Assembly (NCBI GenBank): GCA_950097015.1
Contig: CATNEN010000001.1
Location: forward strand, 6,820,001-6,884,000
Reading direction: 5' to 3'
Length of the DNA: 64,000 bases
Origin: Macrostomum hystrix
Taxonomy: Eukaryota > Animalia > Platyhelminthes
Positions 41,309 to 54,904 of this stretch are shown here, piece by piece. Below the pieces are notes generated by a model, which saw only the letters and a list, made by a program, of their open reading frames with translations, did not search any database and was not told the origin of the DNA. The position numbers were made by a program, and so were the translations under genes. The stretch's first letter is position 1; each line of letters opens with the position of its first letter.

Positions 41309-42347
41309 CAGCTTTGTCACAATAGCCTGCATCGACTGTCAGCCAGCTGGCGCCAGCTGTGGCGCAGCTGCAGCCGCGAAGAGGCGCAAGTAGGCGCTAG
41401 CAAGCGCCGGCTGTCATCGCAACAGGCCAGCAAGAGTCCGTACGAGATTTTAGGCGTTGATCGGCAGGCCAGCCAGAGGCAGATCAAGGCGGCATTCTAC
41501 GCCAAATCCAAGACCATCCACCCGGATGTGAACAAGTCGCCGGACGCTTCTGCCAAATTCAACGCCCTGTCCAATGCCTACAAGGTGCTGGGCGATGCCA
41601 ATAGGAGGCGAGAGTTCGACGATTCGCAGAGGGGCAGGTAAGGCTGCGTGCCTGGGAAATAATAGGGGGAATGGGAAGTTAGAAGGGAATGGGAAGTGAG
41701 AACGGAATGGGAAGTGAGAACGGAAATGGGAAGTGAGGGGGAATTGGAAGTGAGAGGGGGAATGGGAAGTGAGAACGGGAAAGGGATGTGGGAAGGGAAT
41801 TGGAAGTGAGAGTGGAATGGGAAGGAGAGGGGGAATGGGAAAGGGATGTGGGATGGAATGGGAAGTGAGATGGGGAATGGGCAGTGGGAAGGGGAATTGG
41901 AAGTGAGAGTGGAATGGGAATGTGATCAATCCGTCATCATCCACAATTTCATTAACTTCATCCCGCGGCAATTCCAGCGGTCACAGATCCCAGCAGTCCA
42001 CCAGCGACTCAATCGTCGACATCGACCTGCGCACTCGAGACATTCAGGCCAGCTTCGACGCGTTCTATCGAGTGCGCTACCCCGCCATGCTGGCGGAACA
42101 GAGCCGCCTGGCTCGTCTGCGTCGCCACGCCGCAGCCGTCGGCGACATAGTCGACGACAAGAACGACTCAGCGGCCATGGCACAGAAGTCAGCAACTGCT
42201 GTTAAAGCCTACAAGCGCGAATTATTAGCTACCCTTGGCCTGCTCTGCTTGTCATTCATCGGCTTCATAAGCTACGACAACTATGTCAGGGCCGAGGACG
42301 CGGCGCTGCGGCTCCAGGAGAGCGGCGCCAGATCTGACTCCAAGTGA
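41309..42347 (+). CDS. DNAJC30: DNAJC30-like mitochondrial J-domain protein with a C-terminal TM helix, about 232 aa, 2 exons; no genomic ATG found
   Basis: Exons 41309-41637 and 41978-42347 (699 nt). Arg/Ser-rich presequence-like N-terminus; J domain SPYEILGV...IKAAFY..SK.IHPD...KFNALSNAYKVLGD...RR.FD; FDAFY..Y motif; TM LLATLGLLCLSFIGFISY. The J-domain exon is missing from the ORF track because it has no start codon. Confidence 0.75.
41655..41925. repeat. G-rich degenerate repeat (GGGAATGGGAAGTGAGA) in the DNAJC30-like intron
   Basis: Recurrent GGGAA motifs. Confidence 0.85.
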
Positions 42348-42397
42348 CTGCAGATTGTATGTTTAGGCTTAGACTGTGATCTACCGGATTGTCCGAT

Positions 42398-42775
42398 CTC
42401 TAGGATTCACCTGCAGATCCCCCTTTATAAACTCTAGGATTCACCCGTAGATCCCCCCTTGGGCCCTTTACAAAGCTCTGGGATTCACCTTGAGATTCCC
42501 TTTATAAACTCTGGGATTCACCTGGAGATTCCCTTTATAAACTCTGGGATTCACCTGGAGATTCCCTTTATAAACTCTGGGATTCACCTGGAGATTCCCT
42601 TTATAAACTCTGAGATTCACCCGGATATTCCCCTTTTTAAACCCTGGGATTCACCTGGAGATTCCCATTTATAAAGCTCAGGGATTCACCTTGAGATTCC
42701 CTCCGCCAAGTGTGGGCGAAAATCTTCAGCTTTAGTTTATAAATGCACTACCTAGGATTCACCTGGAGATTCCTT
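42398..42775. repeat. Minisatellite, 33-bp unit CTCTGGGATTCACCTGGAGATTCCCTTTATAAA, 3' of the DNAJC30-like stop
   Basis: Tandem periodicity. Confidence 0.93.
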
Positions 42776-44408
42776 TCGACCTGGGGTTCCCTTTTACTTA
42801 AGAGTAGAAATCCTGTTTCATTTTGCTAGATAGTCTGTTTAAAGCCATTAGCTTATTTCAGCGTAAAATTAAAAAAACGTTGCTACATAACTTAGCTTAA
42901 ATGCTTTCTTCTTAAACTGTACATACATAGTACGTACATATTCGCTTAAATATACGTAATGAATATTTGATCACAATCCTAACTGATAGTAATTATTTAA
43001 AACACAGAAAACACATTGCATGCTTTTGTTTAACTTTTGTTCAAAACAAAATATCTTACAACAAAACAACAGGCATATTTTATTAGTGTATTAAACATTA
43101 AATTGGCCTAGTAAATGGCAGATAATTGTTGATGCTTAATAAATATTGGCTTTATAAGCAAAACTCGTAAACGGCCGCATGAGACAACTCGAAGAAGCAC
43201 TCGGGGATTATTTTAATTGGCTACTATTCCTTGAAATAGTAGAACGAATTCAACAGACTAGCTAGACAAACAGAATATGTATAATGACGCAACTTTGCAC
43301 TGCATACTACTATGAATCCGGTTATGATGAGTAGTAAGTTACGGAATACGAAAAATAAGAAAATTGCGAACAGAATATTCGCAGTTTGAACACAGGATTA
43401 AATAACACCTTTACTAGCTTTAATTAGGCGCAGCGCGATGATATAAAGGTTCAAAAATATGAAAAAATCCATCAAATTGTAAATAAAAGAACACCTTATT
43501 TCACAACTTTATAAGCACACAAAGACAATGCGAAACTGAATGTGCGCCTGTGCGATGAAGTGTCATGCTATGTCCAGCAATCGTAATTAAAACAAAAATA
43601 CAAAACAGAATTAAATCCCTGACTTAAATACTTTTATTGAATAAAGTCCAACAAAAAATCTGAGTTTGCACTTTAGGCTTAGTTTCATTCTGCAATTTTG
43701 AATTAGAACAAGTGGCCTGCTTAAAAATCTTAAACAAAGAAAAAAATCCGGAAAAAAATAATGAAATTCCTGCGCATTTTTAAAGGAGTAATAAAAACAC
43801 GGAAAACTAAATAATCCTGCTTTAATCCCGACAGACGACGCGAATGCGATGTCGAAATAAAATTACCTGAAAAATAAATCTTTACAAAAATTCAAGGCTC
43901 GGCTCGGATACAAAGAAAAGCCTGGGAGAAAAAAAGCTGACAAAAAAATCAGACTACACACGGAAACAGGTTAGAAAATAATACACAATCTCAAATAGGA
44001 GTGTCTCGCCTATCTACAAACACTGGGTAGAGGGTGATTAATTTAGTATGAATTGCAAACTACTTTTCTTTAATTTCGAATGGGTTAATTTTAAAACACG
44101 AATAACTTGTATGTGTGGCACATATAACAAACACATTTTTACGTTACAATAATTGACATTTTTGAGTTGCGTCAAACGCAACTGAGTAGTATATTTACGG
44201 CAAGGAAGATTTTCTAGCGTGGAAAACATATTGAGATGAACGTAGAAGTACTATATATAATAAGTAAGTTATATACGATGGCACAAGTAGATGCGATACT
44301 TAAGCATAAATATAACAAATCATTTCAATTCACTATTGAATTCACATTTCATTGTTAATGCCAGTTACTTCATTTTTTCGAGGCCAGAAGCAAGACTCGA
44401 GGCTAGGA

Positions 44409-44833
44409 GGGAGTGTACATCAGAACTAATTTCGGATTGGTTGGGAGCGAGTGTACAACAGAACTAATTTCGGATTGGTTGGGAGCAAGTGTACATCAGA
44501 ACTAATTTTGGATTGGTTGGGAGCGAGTGTACATCAGAACTAATTTTGGATTGGTTGGGAGCAAGTGTACATCAGAACTAATTTTGGATTGGTTGGGAGC
44601 GAGTGTACATCAGAACTAATTTCGGATTGGTTGGGAACAAGTGTACATCATAACTAATTTCGGATTGGTTGGGAGCGAGTGTACATCAGAACAAATTTTG
44701 GATTGGTTGTGAGCGAGTGTACATCATAACTAATTTCGGATTGGTTGGGAGCGAGTGTACATCATAACTAATTTCGGATTGGTTGGGAGCGAGTGTACAT
44801 CATAACTAATTTCGGATTGGTTGGGAGCGAGTG
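44409..44833. repeat. Minisatellite, 38-bp unit GAGTGTACATCAGAACTAATTTCGGATTGGTTGGGAGC
   Basis: About 11 units. Confidence 0.96.
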
Positions 44834-45302
44834 GGAGCCAGTGTAAATTAAGGTCAGAGACTCAGTGGTGCTATTGACAGCTGTACTAGCCTTAATACCA
44901 CGGCACAATATAGACATAGCTTCAATTTCTTAAAAAATTATGCCATGACAAAGTAATACTAGATCAATCATTGCACTAGAAATTTCGGCTACTTAGATTT
45001 CATATTTGAATGGATCAAACATAGCAATCTAAACGAGAATTTTTTAAGACAAACACGAGCAATAAGATACGGTTATACATAAATAATATAACATCAATAA
45101 TTGCAGCAACAAGTGACTACAAAATCACACCTATAAATTATGTTACGCACGGATATTACATAATATAGTAAATAGCGCAATTTCTTAGTTAAATAGGCTG
45201 GTATTTCAATAAGTCTGTCAGAAGTACTCAAATTTGAGGATATTACTAATACTATATATAATTATTCGTATCGCAGCACGGCTATGAAAAGGCCTGTTTT
45301 CC

Positions 45303-48038
45303 TCACCTGGGAACCATCGGCTCCCGTTTGAAAAGAAAGCCAGGCTGATGCTGTTGCTGCTGCTGATGCTGAAAGTAGTTTGCTGCAGCCGCATAGAAAT
45401 GGCGCGGATCAAGAGACTGCGTAGGAGGCGGTGGCGGTGGCGGTGGCGGTGGCGGCGGCTGCGGCTGCGCCGCCGGTCTATTGAAGGCGCTATGGGAACT
45501 AGCCTCTTTGTTGGACAATTCGAACACCTCCAGTAGCAGCGGATCCAGCTCTTCGCAACGAAATCCGACAACGCGACACAGCTGGCTAAAGTCGGCTGCA
45601 ATCCCTTCCAGAGCGCTAAGTCGATTCATCAGATCGAAAAAGATGCGACGCGATTGCTGAACCGGATGCACACTCTCGATGTACCTAAATTAAAAGAAAG
45701 ATCGAATGATGGAGTATTTTCTAGCTAATAATTACAAAATAGTTATTTGACGGAACTCCTCCTCCGGAGGAAGTATCCGTCGTTGTACATTAGATAAGAG
45801 TTATTTGGCGGAACCCCTCCTCCGGAGGAAGTATCCGTCGATGTACATTAGATAAGAGTTATTTGGCGGAACCCCTCCTCCGGAGGAAGTATCCGTCGTT
45901 GTACATTAGATAAGAGTTATTTGGCGGAATCCCTCCTCCGGAGGAAGTATCCGTCGTTGTACATTAGATAAGAGTTATTTGGCGGAACCCCTCCTCCGGA
46001 GGAAGTATCCGTCGATGTACATTAGATAAGAGTAATTTGGCGGAACTCCTCCTCCGGAGGAAGTATCCGTCGATGTACATTAGATAAGAGTTATTTGGCG
46101 GTACTCCTCCTCCGGAGGAAGTATCCGTCGATGTACATTAGATAAGAGTCATTTGGCGGAACTCCTCCGGAGGAAGTATCCGTCGATGTACATTAGATAA
46201 GAGTTATTTGACGGAACTCCTCCTCCGGAGGAAGTATCCGTCGATGTACATTAGATAAGAGTTATTTGGCGGTACTCCTCCTCCGGAGGAAGTATCCGTC
46301 GATGTAAATTAGATAAGAGTAATTTGGCGGAACTCCTCCTCCGGAGGAAGTATCCGTCGATGTACATTAGATAAGAGTAATTTGGCGGTACTCCTCCTCC
46401 GGAGGAAGTATCCGTCGATGTAAATTAGATAAGAGTAATTTGGCGGAACTCCTCCTCCGGAGGAAGTATCCGTCGATGTACATTAGATAAGAGTTATTTG
46501 GCGGAACCCCTCTTCCGGAGGAAGTATCCGTCGTTGTACATTAGATAAGAGTTATTTGGCGGAACCCCTCTTCCGGAGGAAGTATCCGTCGTTGTACATT
46601 AGATAAGAGTTATTTGGCGGAACTCCTCCTCCGGAGGAAGTATCCGTCGATGTAAATTAGATAAGAGTAATTTGGCGGAACTCCTCCTCCGGAGGAAGTA
46701 TCCGTCGATGTACATTAGATAAGAGTTATTTGGCGGTACTCCTCCTCCGGAGGAAGTATCCGTCGATGTACATTAGATAAGAGTCATTTGGCGGAACTCC
46801 TCCGGAGGAGGAAGTATCCGTCGATGTACATTAAATAAGAGTTATTTGGCGGAACCCCTCCTCCGGAGGAAGTATCCGTCGATGTACATTAGATAAGAGT
46901 TATTTGGCGGAACCCCTCCTCCGGAGGAAGTATCCGTCGATGTACATTAGATAAGAGTAATTTGGCGGAACCCCTCCTCCGGAGGAAGTATCCGTCGTTG
47001 TACATTAGATAAGAGTTATTTGGCGGAACCCCTCCTCCGGAGGAAGTATCCGTCGATGTACATTAGATAAGAGTAATTTGGCGGAACCCCTCCTCCGGAG
47101 GAAGTATCCGTCGATGTACATTAGATAAGAGTCATTTGGCGGAACTCCTCCGGAGGAGGAAGTATCCGTCGATGTACATTAAATAAGAGTTATTTGGCGG
47201 AACCCCTCCTCCGGAGGAAGTATCCGTCGATGTACATTAGATAAGAGTTATTTGGCGGAACCCCTCCTCCGGAGGAAGTATCCGTCGATGTACATTAGAT
47301 AAGAGTAATTTGGCGGAACCCCTCCTCCGGAGGAAGTATCCGTCGTTGTACATTAGATAATAGTTATTTGGCGGAACTCTCCGTTTTAATGTATCTAATC
47401 TAATCTAATGTATCGTTTTTCTAACAATAGGCATAAACAGACCTCTTCAACAGCAGAATGTAGCCCTGGTGAATACGATCAACGCGCTGCATATTAGTTA
47501 ACAGAGGCCGGGCTGAATTGTAGAATTCAATCAATTGAACTAGCGTCAGTGCCAGGTGATCACCAGAACTGGCTTGATGATAGCCAATCATGAATTCGCG
47601 ATACCTTTGCACTAGCTGCTGACCAGTAGGATAAACAGATAGCGCCTGAGTTAATACGCTCAGAGGCACCGAATGCAGCCGACCGTTCATGGCTTTGGAT
47701 TGAAAAGCGAAACAGTCGTGCTCCGGATCGTAGATGGCCACTCCGCGCATTAGAATAAAATGAAATACTCCGCCCTGTTGTGTTGCAGTGGGGTGCGAAG
47801 AACTCAAGCTTCAGTTTATAATTAATACAATAGTATAAGTTTGATAAATCTAAAGAGTCCAAGAAGATTAAAGAAGAGGTAGCTCTGAGAGGTATTAAAG
47901 CTTGAAATTTTCGAACGAAGGGTCGGGAGTTCGTGTCCTTGACCATGAGTCTTTTTGTTAGTTAACTAAAGGGTAAATTTGGTACCAGCATTAGGTGTAG
48001 CTAATAGCAGAAACTCGGGTGCTTGTGGTGGACTTAGC

Positions 48039-48091
<53 letters not shown>

Positions 48092-51000
48092 AACAGATGT
48101 ACTGTTCTATTCTATCTATGAATCAGAAAACCGGAAACAAAAATATTATTTGCTTGATGAATTGGAGAAAATGATAGAGATTAACGGAGAGAAATATTAT
48201 TTCATTGTCATCAGAAATTACAGCTAGCTTTAGAATTACCTAAATAGCCATGACTATTATAATAAATAGTAGTTTTTGCATAGGGCACATACACACGCAT
48301 TTGCTCATTATAGATGCATAAAAAACAGTATGGAATATATAGTAATATGACTTTTACAAAGGAACTTTTGCCATACCGCACACAGACAGATGGAAGCCAG
48401 ACACTCGAAAATATATAAATTATGACCAGCGAGCTGTCACGGTTAGCCTTCTAAAAAACGTCCTCCTACACCGAAATAACCCTATACATTCAACTATAAA
48501 CACTGACTGGCACAAGAAGACGCCATTGTAGCTTTAGATATATACAGAAACACAGATGGCAAAAGAAAAATAACGCATATAAGAACAGCCTTAAAAACTG
48601 CAAACTGTTGTACACAGACAGCAGACATATTCACATATCTAGTCATCTAGACGCCAGAAAACTAGACTTATGTAAGAATCTGGGTGATATGCAGATCGCT
48701 ATTTTATCGAATTATTGATTTCAAAGATTCTTCAAACTAAAGCTAGCATTAAAAAAACAATTTTCTGGTCTCAGAAAGGTGCCAGACAGTTAAAACGAAT
48801 TGTTGCCCTAATTTTCACCTTGATTACGTGTCTTTTCCTCTCTCCCTCTCCCTATCTTTCTCATCCTCCGCGTGAAAAGAAGACTTTTTAGGTCTATAAA
48901 AGATAGTAAACAAACAGACCTAGAGCATTAGGGGTCCGGAATTTGGATCAATTTTCATAGCTTTGGGGTCGCGAGACACAAAAACGATAGTACCTTGAAT
49001 GTTTTTGTCCCACATTTGGGGCCAGCATTGAGGAATGTTGAAACATGTTGTGGATTGAGGAAACAGCAAAACCTATGCATATTGCTTTAACCGGTAACAC
49101 CAGAAAGGTACATAAAAAGGGTCTCTCGCCAGAAAAGGAAATTGTGCATTTGGACGCCAGAAAACGATTGTGTGAAAAAAATAATTATATAAATAGTTAC
49201 ATATGGGAGCGAGCCACACACGAAGCAGTAAAAAGTAAATGCCACAATCATTTCTAGGAAATGAAGAACATTAAATGATTATTCTCAATTAAAATACAGA
49301 AAACTTTATTGAACTCTCCACTGTATTCATTGAAGATGATAAACCAATTCAGTTTCACAATCCAATAGTTTCTTAAGACAAGAATATACTCGTATCATTT
49401 ATATATATATTAGTTTTATATTGCTATTTGCGGAGGCAATGTGATAAAGTTAGCAAGAATTTTTACTCAATGCGATGTTTAATTTTGACATTTCTCAAGC
49501 ACAGAATGTTCAGCTTAGGAAATGACCAGTTTAAACGAGAATGTGTATTTATTTTTAGGGAATGTTGGGTTTAAGGAATGTTGGGTTTAAGGAATGTTGG
49601 GTTTAAGGAATGTTGGGTTTAAGGAATGTTGGTTTTAAGGAATGTTGGGTTTAAGGAATGCTGGGTTCAAGGAATGTTGGGTTTAAGGAATGTTGGGTTT
49701 AAGGAATGTTGGGTTTAAGGAATGTTGGGTTTAAAGAATGTTGGTTTTAAGGAATGTTGGGTTTAAGGAATGTTGGGTTTAAAGAATGTTGGGTTTAAGG
49801 AATGTTGGGTTTAAGGAATGTTGGGTTTAAGGAATGGGGTTTAAGGAATGGGTTTAAGGAATGTTGGGTTTAAGGAATGTTGGGTTTATGGAATGTTGGG
49901 TTTAAAGAATGTTGGGTTTAAGGAATGTTGGGTTTAAGGAATGTTGGGTTTAAGGAATGGGGTTTAAGGAATGGGTTTAAGGAATGTTGGGTTTAAGGAA
50001 TGTTGGGTTTATGGAATGTTGGGTTTAAGGAATGTTGGGTTTAAGGAATGTTGGGTTTAAAGAATGTTGGGTTTAAGGAATGTTGGGTTTAAAGAATGTT
50101 GGGTTTAAAGAATGTTGGGTTTGGTAAGGAATGTACAGTTTAAGGAATGTTCGATTCAAGGAATGTACAGTTTAAGGAATGTTCGATTCAAGGAATGTAC
50201 AGTTTAGGGAATGTTCGGTTCAAGGAAAGTACAGTTTAGGGATTATTCGGTTCAACGAAAAATATAGTTTAGGGAATGTGTAGTTATCGGAGATTTTTAG
50301 TTTTTAGTAATTGGCAATTTTAGTAAAGTAAAGTAAAAATTGTTTAATAACTGGGATATAAAATAATTGACCTAAGTCAAAAGAAAAATATTTTTCGTTC
50401 CCGAGCACCAAACGGGCCAGTAACTAGTGTTAGTACTCAGTGCCTTCTCTGCTCCTGGCTCAGGTGTTTGATATGAAAAAGTAAAGACAGAAAGAAACAA
50501 TGTACTCAGATGGTGGAGCAGATAATAAATAAGCAGTCAGACATTTCTACGTCACAGGCATTTAGGACTTGAGACACAGTCTGAGCAAGACTTTGAAGAA
50601 TAATTACACTATAAATACCATCCGACTGTGGTGCTGAGGAAGCCTAAAATTATTTCGAACTAGGCAATGCTAGCGCATTGTTACGCGGGGGAATGGAACC
50701 AGACTGGGGGAGTGAGGTAGAAATTAGTCCGGAGAAATCAAAGAAATTCAAGGAAAATTAGACACCCACACAGATGCAGATGGGGAAAAACAAATCACCC
50801 AAAAAATGGCCAGGTGTTTATCTGCCTCCCAATCACTCTCTCAATTTCTGTGCTCAGCTAGACAAGGCTAAATAGGCCAGTAGGAAGCCAAAATGAAAAG
50901 TCCAAGATTACAAACGCCGTTTCTGTCGCCAATTGTGTAGAAATTACTCTGCTGGCTTGCAAAATCGAGACTAGCTTAGATAAAATTTCCTAACTAAATA

Positions 51001-53667
51001 GGGACCGTCTGTGCAAAACAATTGAAACAAATTTCAGGGCTAGGATGATTGAATGTAGTAAAAAAATCCTGGATTCTTCATAAAATGAAAAATATCCCAT
51101 ATCCCCTGATTTTTAAATACGTTCACTAAAATCCCATATCTTCTGATCTGTTAGTAATAAATTGAGTCATCGAACAGCGACCACTAAAATCCCACAGGGC
51201 TCACCTTGATCAAGTTGCTCATGTCGGGCAGGTCGATAAGCGTGAATTCGGGCAGGTTTTTGATAAACTTGATAAATCTTTGAACGAATTTCAGCGTGAT
51301 AGCGAATGGCGTTGTCACGGAGGGCACTGGCACCGTAGCTTCAGCGCGAATCTCTATCGAGTCCTCCTCGTTGAGGCTATTGACTGTCTCATTTAAATTT
51401 GTGCGAATGTCGTTTAAAATCCGAGCGCACGTGTCACTCAAGGGTCGACAGTGCTGCCATCTGAGCTGATCGCTAGACGACTCCAAGTCTTTTCCTACTG
51501 AGCATTCGTCTAGAAAGTTGAGCACAGTCGGTCTCAAGGGTGTCAGAGAGTCAGACATCAAATCCTGAATTTCCGACTCGGCATCGCCTGCTGAGGAAGA
51601 GGCGGCGGCGCGGGTTTGAAAAGCGCGCTCCAAATTGTAGGAATATGGGCCATTGGCGTGCCGATGATGCTCCGATGATTGACGGCTGGAACTGGCGGCG
51701 GTCCCAGCTGTTGTTGCCGCTTCATTAGCAAAACGTCGACTGCGATTACAAATCGTCTTTTGTCTCCGCTGCTGCAGCTGCGACTCGTCTGCGTGGATTA
51801 TTCGGATTGGTCAAGAGTGTACATTGGGGTGGTGGGTGCAGCTTGGCTGGAAGTGTACATTAGGCTAGTAGGAGCAGCCTGACTGGGAAAGACTTTAAAT
51901 TGGGGTGGTGGATGCGGCTTGGCTAGGACAGACTGTACATTAGGGTGGTGGGTGCGGCCTGACTGGGACAGTGTACATCTGGGTGAGGTGGTGGGTGCGG
52001 CTTGGTTGGTAGTGTACATTGAAGTTCTGTCAGCCAAAACACTTGAGAACCACTCACTGAGAATCCAGTCTTTCTTCATGCCAACTAGCAGACACTTCTC
52101 CAGCCGACATGGCGAGCAGAATTTGCGCGTAGCAATTGTAATAGCGCAACTGCCGCTGAAGTTGCACTTGATGTCCTAATTAGAGTGGAAAATGTTTTCC
52201 TAATTATAGAGTAAAATAACATTATTATAATTAATAGAATAAAATATGTTAGCTAATAAAACAACATGAAGTATATAATATTTTTTATCACTAAAATATA
52301 TTTTCATCTGTCTCTCTTTAATAAATTGTGCATAAAAACAAGTCATTTTCTTACCTGTGTTTGATTTTAAAAGAAATAATTTTTGAATTTTATATCCGTT
52401 ACGAGGTCCAATTTTTTACTTTATACGAGCATATTATGAGCATACTCGTATATACTTTTTTATTTGTCTGTTATCCCACCTGTAATCTCCCTGTTATCGC
52501 ACCTGTCATCTGCCCTATCTCGAGGTTATTACTATGATCGATCGATGGCTTCTTAATATTTTTACGTCAGCAACAATGTCCTAAATCCCAAACATCTAAT
52601 CCTATCCAACCATTTTATATCAGCTTATATTATTTGTAAGTATTCAATAATTTTTTGAAGAATTAAATTACCGAAGCGAATAGATTGCTTTTAAAAGGCT
52701 TCCTAATGACTGTGAGAATGATAATATTGACGAGAAATAAGCCACACCCGTGTACTGTAGTATACTAAAGAAAATAATAATATGTCTGTGATTATTCAGC
52801 ACGTCGGATTTTTATGCGCTGTTGCTTACAATTCATTTTTTCGGGTGAATGACTAGAGAACGGAATTCGTTTGGGATCTCGAAAAAGTACTTTATCTAAG
52901 TTACATTGGATAGTGAAGTCATCAATTATAGAAAACTATCAAATATTAGAGTGACAAACTATCAAATATAAGAGTGACAAACTATCAAAGATTAGAGTGA
53001 CAAACTATAGATACTAGATTTATAGACAATAAAAAACTGAGTGGCAATCGTAACAAACAGTTCAGCAGCTCACCCTATTTTTAAAGGCATTCCTCCTGAA
53101 GAAGGCCTTACAGGATTCGCAAGTGATGGCATCGAAATTGAAGCCCAAAGCCTTGTCGCCGCAAACGTGGCACAGGTACTGCTCCGGGCGCTGGCTGAGC
53201 TGCATCTTATATCGGCGCTTCTTATGTGGCGAATGAACCGCAAACGAGTCGGCCTCGTTAACGGACGACGCGAAGCCGGCCGTAGTGGAAGCTGATTCAG
53301 AGGCCGACTGGCTAGTATCGGGCGACGAAGAACGGCCAGGCAATACGCCGGCTAGGCTTCGATCGTTAAACGGGTTGTAGACTGGGCCGTTTGGCATTGA
53401 CGACTGCTGCTGCTGCTGCTGCTGCTGCTGCATTCTCGGCATCGGCATAGACTGGGGCGGCGACCCTAAGGACGCCTCCGAACAAGTTGAAGTGGCCGAT
53501 TTTAGACCGCTAATTGCGGCAGATTCGGATGATGAAGGACCGGAGGCTAAGTACATTTCGCTGCTGATGCTGTTCTGAGGTAGATTAAAGGAAAGAGACG
53601 TCAAAGAATCACTTTGTGAGTCTATGTGCTCTGTTTGCCTGTTAAATATAAGATTCACATTGGACAT
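45303..53667 (-). CDS. HR96: Nuclear hormone receptor, HR96/NR1J (DAF-12/NHR-8-related) group, about 669 aa, 5 coding exons
   Basis: Exons 53667-53074, 52175-52058, 51788-51205, 47774-47443, 45684-45303 (2010 nt, in phase). [32 protein letters not shown] (ESCKA P-box) and [39 protein letters not shown] signature [21 protein letters not shown] and AF-2-like [11 protein letters not shown]. Confidence 0.9.
45740..47380. repeat. Minisatellite, 58-bp unit with an internal hairpin (GGCGGAACTCCTCCTCCGGAGGAAGTATCCGTC), last HR96 intron
   Basis: About 28 tandem units. Confidence 0.97.
48042..48089. repeat. (CA)n microsatellite
   Basis: Perfect dinucleotide run. Confidence 0.98.
49557..50280. repeat. 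Minisatellite, 16-bp unit AAGGAATGTTGGGTTT, grading into a GGAATGTACAGTTT variant
   Basis: Tandem periodicity. Confidence 0.95.
51801..52020. repeat. Degenerate ~38-40-bp TGTACAT-containing repeat in an HR96 intron
   Basis: Recurrent GTGTACATT.GGGTGGTGGGTGCGGC.TG.CTGG. Confidence 0.8.
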
Positions 53668-53682
53668 GGAGTGCCTGGTGAG

Positions 53683-54385
53683 GAAAGGTTCACCTGTTAG
53701 TGGAGAATGTTCCCATGCTGAAAAGAAAATGTTCCTATGTTAAAGGAGAAAGTTCTCCTGTTAGAAAGGGAAAGTTCACCTGTTAAAAAGGGAAGGTTCA
53801 CCTGTGAGGAAAGAAGGTTCAACTGTTAAAAAGAGAAGGTCCACCTGTTAGAAAGAAACGGTCCACCTGTTAGAAAGAGAAGGTTCACCTCTTAGAAAGA
53901 AACAGTTCACATGTGAATAAAGAAGATTCACCTGTGCATAAAGAAGGTTCACCTGTTAGAAAGAGACGGTTTACCTGTAAGAAAGATAAGGTTCACCTGT
54001 TAGAAAGAGACGGTTTACCTGTAAGAAAGATAAGGTTCACCTGTTAGAAAGAGAATGTTCACCTGTTAGAAAGGGAAGGTTCACCTGTTAGAAAGGGAAG
54101 GTTCACCTGTTAGAAAGGGAAGGTTCACCTGTTAGAAAGGGAAGGTTCACCTGTTAGAAAGGGAAGGTTCACCTGTTAGAAAGGGAAGGTTCACCTGTTA
54201 GAAAGGGAAGGTTCACCTGTTAGAAAGAGAAATTTCACCCTGTTAGTGGAGAATGTTCCCCACTAACATGGGGGAACAATGTTCCCCACTATGCCTGTTA
54301 GTGCATAGAATGCTGGAAAGAAAAGGTTCCTCTGTTAAAGGAGAAGGTTCACCTGTTAGAAGGAGAAAGTTCACCTGTTAGAAAT
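53683..54385. repeat. Minisatellite, 22-bp unit AGAAAGGGAAGGTTCACCTGTT, immediately upstream of the HR96 ATG
   Basis: Tandem periodicity with a perfect core at 54060-54225. Confidence 0.94.
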
Positions 54386-54904
54386 ATAAAGTGAAGAAAA
54401 TTATTGATATAAATCTGAGAAGGCCTAGTTTACTGAGGTATATGAGAATCAAATACCTTTTTATTAAAAAATATGGACTCAAAAAACAATCTGCCTTTGT
54501 AAAAGACAGTTTTTATTTATCTTTTTATCCTCTTACCTTCGTTTAGTGCAATAAATAAGCCGACAAATAAGAAGTATAATTGTATGGCTTAGATAGGTCT
54601 CTATCTAGATGACAAGGTAAGTGCTCAGTCTAAGATAGAAATTGAAACGAATGGGGGCTTCTTAAAGATGCCAGACACTAAAGCACAAAATGTCCAGGAA
54701 GGATAGAGTAGAATGAGAGAGTTTAGCTGCACTATGAATATAAAAGACTTGCACAGCGAAATATGAGCGGGCATTTTCTACTATTGGTTGAGAAATCTAG
54801 CCAATTAAAATCGCTTTTAAGGCTGAAAGCTAGAAACTTTTTTAAATTTCCGCTTTTTATCTAGAAATGAACTGGTATTGAAAAACAAGTAAAGGCATAT
54901 TGAA

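Noticed and set aside
45740-47380. CRISPR-like appearance (palindromic repeat plus linker)
   Set aside because: The linkers are identical rather than unique spacers, the context is a eukaryotic intron, and there are no cas genes.
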